Assembly (NCBI GenBank): GCA_964531295.1
Contig: CAZHHJ010000001.1
Span: forward strand, 1,239 to 65,238
DNA: 64,000 nt
Direction of reading: 5' to 3'
Source: an uncultured Syntrophomonas sp.
Lineage (GTDB): Bacteria; Bacillota; Syntrophomonadia; Syntrophomonadales; Syntrophomonadaceae
Part shown: in pieces, positions 57,906-64,000 of the stretch
Numbering within the stretch: the stretch's first letter is position 1
How the letters are laid out: every line of letters begins with the position of its first letter
Notes under the pieces: model-generated
The model's database searches: none
The model's input: only the letters and a program-made list of their open reading frames with translations
What the model was told of the DNA's origin: nothing
Program-made: the position numbers and the translations under genes

Positions 57906-59156
57906 TTATTTTACTTCAGCCCCCAGGGAGACTAATTTATCGGTAAGATTTTCGTATCCTCTAAATATATGGATAGCATTATCGATTTGGGTTTCTCCAT
58001 CCGCTGCCAGTGCACCTAGAACCAGTGCCGCCCCAGCCCTCAAATCAGTAGCCTTAACTCTGGCAGCGCACAGTTTGCCTATGCCCTCAACCACAGCGGT
58101 ATGACCTTCAACCTTTATTTTAGCTCCCATGCGTTTTAATTCATCAACTATCTGAAAGCGATTTTCAAATACGTTTTCTACTATTACACTGGAACCCTGA
58201 CTTATGCACAATAATGCCATCATCTGCGATTGCATGTCCGTAGGGAATCCAGGATAAGGCAGAGTTTTAATATCAACCGGACGGATACAGGGTCCGGCTT
58301 TAACCAGTATACCCTGATCATTTTCTTCCACCTGGGCTCCGGTTTCTTGGAGCTTGGCAATAATAGGATGTAGGTGAGTAGGAATCACATTTTCCACCAG
58401 AACTTCTCCCCCGGTAATTGCAGCCGATATCATGTAGGTACCCGCTTCAATACGATCAGGAATTATGGCGTAACGCCCGGCGCTTAATTTTTGAGTTCCC
58501 TCCACTTTTATAACGTCTGTTCCAGCTCCCCGAATACGTGCCCCCATGGAATTCAAATAATTAGCCAGGTCGACTATCTCCGGTTCCTTGGCGGCGTTTT
58601 CAATTATACTGGTGCCCGGCGTTCTAGATGCCATCATGATGATGTTTTCGGTGGCCCCTACGCTGGGAAAATCAAGATATACCCTGGCCCCGCTCGGATT
58701 GTCAGCCCGGGCATAAATATACCCATGTTCAATCCGAGTCCGAGCCCCCATGGCTTGAAGGCCTTTGATGTGGAGGTCCATGGGGCGAGAGCCTATATCA
58801 CATCCACCTGGCATGGAAATTACTGCTTCCTTGCTGCCTCCCAGCATAGCCCCCAGAAACAAATTGGAAGCCCTCAAGCGTTTGCCCAACTCATAGGAAG
58901 TCCTGGTCTTGATCTGAGCGGGATCTACAAATATTGATAAACTATGATCTTCATTCCATCTAGTTTGGGCCCCTATTTCATTTAGTATCTGTATCATTAC
59001 TTCTACATCTCTTATGCGGGGCAAGTTATCCAGTATAGTTTCTCCCTCAGCCATTATGCTGGCTGCCATGATTACCAGTCCGGCATTCTTGGCACCACTC
59101 ACACGGACTTTACCGTTTAAAGGTTTTCCACCTTTTATAAAGAGAGTTTCTTTCAA
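57906..59156 (-). CDS. murA: UDP-N-acetylglucosamine 1-carboxyvinyltransferase
   Basis: Active-site Cys loop GGCDIGSRPMDLH. 416 aa. Confidence 0.97.
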   Translation of the reverse strand: MKETLFIKGGKPLNGKVRVSGAKNAGLVIMAASIMAEGETILDNLPRIRDVEVMIQILNEIGAQTRWNEDHSLSIFVDPAQIKTRTSYELGKRLRASNLFLGAMLGGSKEAVISMPGGCDIGSRPMDLHIKGLQAMGARTRIEHGYIYARADNPSGARVYLDFPSVGATENIIMMASRTPGTSIIENAAKEPEIVDLANYLNSMGARIRGAGTDVIKVEGTQKLSAGRYAIIPDRIEAGTYMISAAITGGEVLVENVIPTHLHPIIAKLQETGAQVEENDQGILVKAGPCIRPVDIKTLPYPGFPTDMQSQMMALLCISQGSSVIVENVFENRFQIVDELKRMGAKIKVEGHTAVVEGIGKLCAARVKATDLRAGAALVLGALAADGETQIDNAIHIFRGYENLTDKLVSLGAEVK

Positions 59157-59174
59157 TGATTACACCTCTCAACT

Positions 59175-60005
59175 CTATATACTCTGCAAAAAATTGCTTT
59201 CTAACGTATTATAATCAACCCCCAGGGCCATATATACAGCATCTTCCATGCTGTTGCCCTCACCCAGATAGTTTAAAATATCCAGCAGGCTCTGTTCTCC
59301 ATTATTATCAAGCAGGTATTCCACTACCTGCAGTGATTCCCAGTAAGCTACCCTCTGATCTAATTCATCGAACTTTTTATTCATTACCTCAAATCCATAA
59401 TAATCTGAGGACTGTAGGGAAGATGGCTCTACAAATTCGAACCCCGTTAACTTCTTCTCCACATATTGAGCAATTCCTTCTGTAAACCAGCGTGAATAAT
59501 TTCCTTTAGTGATATCATCCACCAGCAAATGCGCAAATTCATGATATACCGGCCCTTCGCTGGAGAATATTTGTGGCCAGTTAGCGGTTCCATTTATCCA
59601 TTGCTGGGGAGAGAGTAGCCTGATAGTGCCTGCCCAGTATACCCCCATAGCCTTTTCATCCTTTTCCCACCCAAAACTTTTTGCCAGACTGGCACTATCT
59701 GGGTATACGATAATAGTGGTTTTACTATCCGGTTTACAGGCTAAAATATTTGAAACCTTACCATAGGCATCTTCCGCAACTTGACCTATCACTTCAATAT
59801 AATCCTCATCTACCGGGAGATATCTAATTTGGAAATGTTCTGTTTCTGTTTGTATAAAATCAGCAGTTTTCCAGTTAATTTCCTGGGCCACGAAGGCCCT
59901 GACCACCGCCTGACTGTTCCTGCCGACTAATAAAATCAGCAGGCACGTGGCTAGCAACAGTAATAAGCTGTTTTTATATGGTGCAAGTGCTTTGAGTGCG
60001 TTCAT
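59175..60005 (-). CDS. secreted MA-clan zinc metallopeptidase-like protein
   Basis: Signal peptide and an HEXXH plus downstream Glu: VYHEFAHLLVDDITKGNYSRWFTEGIAQY. Confidence 0.68.
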   Translation of the reverse strand: MNALKALAPYKNSLLLLLATCLLILLVGRNSQAVVRAFVAQEINWKTADFIQTETEHFQIRYLPVDEDYIEVIGQVAEDAYGKVSNILACKPDSKTTIIVYPDSASLAKSFGWEKDEKAMGVYWAGTIRLLSPQQWINGTANWPQIFSSEGPVYHEFAHLLVDDITKGNYSRWFTEGIAQYVEKKLTGFEFVEPSSLQSSDYYGFEVMNKKFDELDQRVAYWESLQVVEYLLDNNGEQSLLDILNYLGEGNSMEDAVYMALGVDYNTLESNFLQSI

Positions 60006-60077
60006 AATCCTGGCCCTCCCCTCCGATGCCCATTATACTATGGGGAGAGGGGTCAAAGGGGTGGCCAAATTATGGAA

Positions 60078-60986
60078 CTATTCTTTTAGAAACTCGCTTA
60101 CTGCAGCCGCTGCCATGGCTCCATCGCCAACTGCTGTTGACACCTGTCTCAGCTTCTTGGAACGAACATCTCCGGCGGCAAAAATACCGGGGACCGAAGT
60201 CATCATGTTTTCATCAGTAAGAATATATCCGCTGGAAAGATCTAATAAATCACTCAGGAAATCACTGGCAGGTATCATACCAATGCTTACAAAAACGCCT
60301 TCCACTTCCAAATTCTCCTCTTGTTCCGTTTTTACATCATACAAAACCAGATTTTTCATCATGCTCTTATCGCCTTCAATACGTTTAACAATCTTATTAA
60401 GCTTTAATTCAATCCGGGCATCTTTTAACATTTTATCCAGGGTAGTTTCATTAGCCCTGAAACCTTCGCGCCGGTGAACCAGATATACTTTAGAAGCGAT
60501 TCCTGACAAATAGAGGGCTTCTTTGGCGGCTGAATCACCACCACCAATTACTGCTACCGGGCTTTTTTGAAAGAATAGCCCATCACAGGTAGCGCAGTAG
60601 GAGACGCCCTTGCCGGCGTATTCCTTTTCCCCATCTACTCCCAGTTCCCTCCGGCGCGCTCCGGCCGCAATAATAAGTGCTCGTCCCTGGTACTGGCCTT
60701 GTGGGGTTGTTACCGTCTGGACCCCATCCTGGGAGTTAATAGCCAACACTTCATCATAGACTAATTCCGCCCCAAAGTTTTCGGCCTGTTCCAGAAACAA
60801 TGCCATTAATTCTCCTCCATTAATACCTTGGGGAAAACCGGGATAATTTTCTATAATATCGGTGATCCCAGCATTACCTCCGGGTATATTGGATTCCAGT
60901 ATCAGTGTTTTTAGTTTGGCCCGACCGGTATAAATAGCAGCGGTTAACCCAGCTGGACCAGCACCAACAATTATTACATCGTACAT
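60078..60986 (-). CDS. trxB: thioredoxin-disulfide reductase
   Basis: GAGPAG FAD motif, redox-active CATCDG, and GGGDSA NADPH motif. Confidence 0.95.
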   Translation of the reverse strand: MYDVIIVGAGPAGLTAAIYTGRAKLKTLILESNIPGGNAGITDIIENYPGFPQGINGGELMALFLEQAENFGAELVYDEVLAINSQDGVQTVTTPQGQYQGRALIIAAGARRRELGVDGEKEYAGKGVSYCATCDGLFFQKSPVAVIGGGDSAAKEALYLSGIASKVYLVHRREGFRANETTLDKMLKDARIELKLNKIVKRIEGDKSMMKNLVLYDVKTEQEENLEVEGVFVSIGMIPASDFLSDLLDLSSGYILTDENMMTSVPGIFAAGDVRSKKLRQVSTAVGDGAMAAAAVSEFLKE

Positions 60987-61007
60987 GCTTTTTCTCCTTT
61001 CTTGAAA

Positions 61008-61040
61008 ATAAAAAGCCCTGACCCATACGGATCAGGGTTT
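61008..61040 (-). terminator. intrinsic terminator after the LysM-G5-M23 gene
   Basis: The minus strand reads CCCTGA-N10-TCAGGG followed by CTTTTTATTTTC. Confidence 0.75.
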
Positions 61041-61050
61041 TCGAATTTAG

Positions 61051-62394
61051 CTACCTCAAATAACCTAAGGGATTTTGAAAACTGCCGTGCAATTGAACTT
61101 CAAAATGCAGATGTGGTCCGGTACTTCTGCCCGTACTGCCCAGCGTCGCAATAGTCTCGCCTTTTCCCACCCTTTGTCCCAATGAAGCAACCAAGCTATT
61201 ACAATGCGCATAGCGAGTCACAATCCCATTACCATGATCTACTATGATAAAGTTGCCATATCCACCCTGATATCCAGCGAAGGTTACATAGCCACTATCA
61301 GCAGCCTTGATAGGGGTTCCCCTCTTAGTAGCAATATCAATCCCAGAATGTCCGCTTCTATAATACTGGGTGATAGAACCATATACCGGCCAATCCAGCG
61401 CGCCTGTTCCTCCACCGCCAGATCTGGATGCCACCTGCACTACATTGGTCCCTTTGATTATTACCTTATTTACAGGTTTTTTAACAATACTCTCTTTCAA
61501 TATTTCCCTGTCCTGTACCACCCCATTTATTAGGGTAGCTATATAGGCTATATGTTTTTGGCCATCCAAACCAGCCTGTTTTACTTTTATGCGGGAGGAT
61601 GCTTTATCGACTATTATCTCGGTCTCGTAGGGGATGGCTTCCGTTTTCTCCCCCTCTACTTTACTCAAAACACTTATGTAAGGTTTGCTTTTCTCTAATA
61701 TCAGTTCCTGCCCCAGACTAAGGTCTTCTGTTTGCAATTTGTTGGCCTGCAGAATATCATCCACATACATATCGTTCTTGCGAGCAATCTGCCACAGACA
61801 GTCGCCGTCTTTTACTATATACTTCTGCGGAGCCAAGGTACCAGTAGTTATAAGGTTAATAGCTTCTCCCCTTGATAACACGTCCTCCGGGTCAACCATA
61901 CTTGTCTTAACTTCGACTTTTTCTGCGAAAGATACTTCCAACAATTTTTCATTCTGATCCATAGTACTGTATTCAGCTTTCATGTCCTCGAGCAACTGTT
62001 CAGCCTGTTCTTGCTTATCGATATAAGCGATGACCTTGCCATCAACACTGATAGCTGCTGCTAGGGTCTTGATATCCAGTTCTTTGGCTAGAAGCCCTTT
62101 TATCTCATCTGCCGGCGTAATAGCATTTCTGCTCACCTGAGTCTTTTTATACTCGATTATATTACAAACTTTCATTTCGCGATCAGTTTTGTCATTACAT
62201 TCTGCTTCCAACTGGGCTGTTATTTCGTCCACCTGATCACTTGATTTAACAAAAAACTTTTCCTGACCATCTATGTAGACTGCATAAGCCGGTGTCTTAA
62301 CCCCCAAAAGCCCTACCAACAACACTGTAACAATAACGAGGGATACCGCTACCATTGGTAATCTATCCCTGTAGACACTAAAATTTGCTATCAT
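61051..62394 (-). CDS. membrane-anchored LysM + G5 + M23 peptidoglycan metalloendopeptidase
   Basis: TM anchor, LysM (YIVKDGDCLWQIARKN), a G5-like segment (IPYETEIIVD...VIIKGT), and the M23 motifs HSGID and GPHLHFEV. Start set at the ATG at 62394, with GGGAGA upstream. Confidence 0.88.
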   Translation of the reverse strand: MIANFSVYRDRLPMVAVSLVIVTVLLVGLLGVKTPAYAVYIDGQEKFFVKSSDQVDEITAQLEAECNDKTDREMKVCNIIEYKKTQVSRNAITPADEIKGLLAKELDIKTLAAAISVDGKVIAYIDKQEQAEQLLEDMKAEYSTMDQNEKLLEVSFAEKVEVKTSMVDPEDVLSRGEAINLITTGTLAPQKYIVKDGDCLWQIARKNDMYVDDILQANKLQTEDLSLGQELILEKSKPYISVLSKVEGEKTEAIPYETEIIVDKASSRIKVKQAGLDGQKHIAYIATLINGVVQDREILKESIVKKPVNKVIIKGTNVVQVASRSGGGGTGALDWPVYGSITQYYRSGHSGIDIATKRGTPIKAADSGYVTFAGYQGGYGNFIIVDHGNGIVTRYAHCNSLVASLGQRVGKGETIATLGSTGRSTGPHLHFEVQLHGSFQNPLGYLR

Positions 62395-62423
62395 ATAAAA
62401 ATTCTCCCTGTATTTATTCTTTC

Positions 62424-63854
62424 TTAGCATTCGATTTTAATGTGCAAAGATCCTTCTTTCTGAATCATTTTCTTCTCTTTATTCGCCATTTGTTTTCTTA
62501 AATCCATATAAATCGCGCCTTCGATCCGCTTTTTATGCATCTCGCAGCTAAGCTGATGAGGCTTGCGTAAATTCTGGTTGCGGTAATAAGCATTAGCATG
62601 GCAACCACCTCCGCAAAAATACCTGGCCCAACAATTCCGGCATTCCTTGTCCTTGAGTTGATGGCTGGCAAAATCTTGCCGTATTTGCTGGTTTTTAATC
62701 CCCTGAAAGATATCCCCCATATAGAAAGTTTGGTCACCCACGAATTGGTGACAGGGATATATTTCTCCCTCGGGAGTAATTACCAGGTATTCGATACCCG
62801 CCCCACAGCCGGTTACCCTTTTGGCCAGGCATGATCCTCTTTGCAGGTTAAGATTATAATGAAAGAATTCGATTTCTTGGCCCTGCTCATAATTTTCCAG
62901 CAAGACCTCAGTTAGCCTTTCATATTCGGCTAGAACACTGGGTAAATCCTGTTCTTGGATGGAATATCCGTTATCCGGCCCCACGGCTGGTTCCAGGGAT
63001 ATGCACTCCAAGCCCAGCTGGATTAGATGTTCCAGGTCTTTGGAAAAATCAAGGTTCTTTCGAGTAAATGTCCCCCGGGCAAAATAACTTATGGGCTGGC
63101 AAGCCACCATCTTCTGGATATGGGGCACAATTAAATCATAAGTCCCTTCTCCATTATTCAAGATGCGCTGTCGGTCATTGGTTGGTTTTCTTCCATCCAG
63201 GGATAAAATAACGCTGATATCATTTTCAATAACCCAATCTATAATGTCGTCTTCTAGAAGGACCGCATTGGTGGTAAGGGTGAAATTGAACCGCTTGCCG
63301 CTTTCTTTTTCGCGCTCCCGGCAGAAGATAACCAGGTCTTTCAACATATTTGCCACCAGCAAGGGCTCTCCACCAAAAAAGTCTACTTCCAGGTTCTTTA
63401 CCTGCCCACTGTTTTTTATTAAGAACTCCATGGCTAGCTTAGCTGTCTCCAGGGACATTAATGACGGTTTCATGCCGAAATCTCCCTGCGCAGCAAAACA
63501 GTATTCACATTTCATGTTGCAGGCATGAGCAACATTCAGACATATCGCTTTGACTTTCAACGAGGATAGATCAACCTCAGGAAATTCCGGTTCCGAGAAC
63601 AACGCCCCTTGCTTTTGCAGACTGCTCAGTTCATCCAGAGCGTCTGAAATATCACTGAGCGGAAAAGTTTTTCCGCTTTGGGCTATCGCCCTGTCAAAGC
63701 TTCCCTGGTATTCTATAATATTCTTTAGCAGTAAATTTGATAATCTATCTAGTAGATGAATGGCTCCGCTGTTGACGTCTAGTAAAATATTCAATTCCTT
63801 CCACGAATACAGGTGTATGTGGGCACTAAAATCATAATTTTTTAACAATTCCAC
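62424..63854 (-). CDS. radical SAM/SPASM thioether-forming SCIFF peptide maturase
   Basis: CNMKCEYC radical SAM cluster motif and a C-terminal SPASM Cys-rich region (CGAG...CHQF...CRNCWARYFCGGGCHANAY). It lies directly downstream of a SCIFF precursor. GTG start with GGGAGGAAG upstream. Confidence 0.9.
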   Translation of the reverse strand: MELLKNYDFSAHIHLYSWKELNILLDVNSGAIHLLDRLSNLLLKNIIEYQGSFDRAIAQSGKTFPLSDISDALDELSSLQKQGALFSEPEFPEVDLSSLKVKAICLNVAHACNMKCEYCFAAQGDFGMKPSLMSLETAKLAMEFLIKNSGQVKNLEVDFFGGEPLLVANMLKDLVIFCREREKESGKRFNFTLTTNAVLLEDDIIDWVIENDISVILSLDGRKPTNDRQRILNNGEGTYDLIVPHIQKMVACQPISYFARGTFTRKNLDFSKDLEHLIQLGLECISLEPAVGPDNGYSIQEQDLPSVLAEYERLTEVLLENYEQGQEIEFFHYNLNLQRGSCLAKRVTGCGAGIEYLVITPEGEIYPCHQFVGDQTFYMGDIFQGIKNQQIRQDFASHQLKDKECRNCWARYFCGGGCHANAYYRNQNLRKPHQLSCEMHKKRIEGAIYMDLRKQMANKEKKMIQKEGSLHIKIEC

Positions 63855-63890
63855 TGAGCTTCCTCCCGAATTATACAGACATTCCCACTA

Positions 63891-63915
63891 AAAAAAGGGG
63901 CTAGTGCCCCTTTTC
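63891..63915 (-). terminator. intrinsic terminator/attenuator between the SCIFF precursor and the maturase
   Basis: The minus strand reads GGGGC-ACTA-GCCCC followed by TTTTTTT. It lies 20 nt after the precursor stop and about 36 nt before the maturase start. Confidence 0.7.
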
Positions 63916-63930
63916 TTTCTTTTCTTAAAC

Positions 63931-64000
63931 TTAATCTCTTTTTCTACACGATTGATTGCCAACCGTACAGGATGTTTTGCAGGCAGATTGACATGATGTT
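63931..64000 (-). CDS. SCIFF (six cysteines in forty-five residues) ranthipeptide precursor, 3' part (window-truncated)
   Basis: My own reverse-strand translation gives ...TSCQSACKTSCTVGNQSCRKRD-stop (stop at 63933-63931). This matches the conserved C-terminal Cys pattern of SCIFF peptides. Confidence 0.85.
   Translation of the reverse strand, partial: TSCQSACKTSCTVGNQSCRKRD

Noticed and set aside
60006-60077. Promoter-like TTGACC/TATAAT pair and a C-rich/G-rich imperfect hairpin between trxB and the MA-peptidase gene.
   Set aside because: The -35/-10 spacing is only 13 nt, and the hairpin needs several mismatches or wobble pairs. This is not strong enough to annotate.

Overview
Chromosomal segment of a Gram-positive Bacillota (Firmicutes). 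A SCIFF peptide/maturase pair, a Spo0F-like receiver and Bacillus-like gene order suggest a spore-forming Clostridia-type lineage, which is an inference. I support about 66 protein-coding genes and found no rRNA, tRNA, CRISPR array, transposase or integrase. From 1 to 29 kb there is an almost unbroken minus-strand housekeeping block: glyA, rpiB, ywlE-like phosphatase, mntP, tsaC/sua5, prmC, prfA, DUF1385, rpmE; birA plus a dedicated bioYMN biotin ECF transporter with a clear BirA operator; an OB-HD YhaM-like nuclease coupled to a radical SAM gene; rho, glpX, tal, fba, spo0F-like; a femAB/alr-like/sppA/yip1 operon; pyrG, short rpoE-like, argS. From 29 to 56 kb the strands are mixed and the content looks more accessory. 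It holds an M1 peptidase, an aldehyde dehydrogenase, a GAF-HD-GYP protein, cyclophilin, a ybhG-like HlyD/ABC-2 exporter with an SLH/transglutaminase protein, and a triple zinc-ribbon RDD protein. It also holds an Fe3+-type ABC importer followed by a stand-alone beta-propeller, an HDAC-like gene, YitT, DUF554, and a DUF4230 / WYL regulator / Cys-rich miniprotein / patatin lipase cluster. From 56 to 64 kb lie rlmH, htrA, murA, an MA-clan peptidase, trxB, a LysM-G5-M23 peptidase and the SCIFF radical SAM maturase, with the 3' end of its six-cysteine precursor at the window edge. The most interesting candidates for uncharacterised biology are the patatin/zinc-finger/WYL cluster, the radical SAM/YhaM-like gene pair, the atypical alanine-racemase-fold gene inside a FemAB operon, and the beta-propeller appended to the ABC importer. 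All functional calls come from motifs read by eye in the ORF translations and from synteny. No database search was run.
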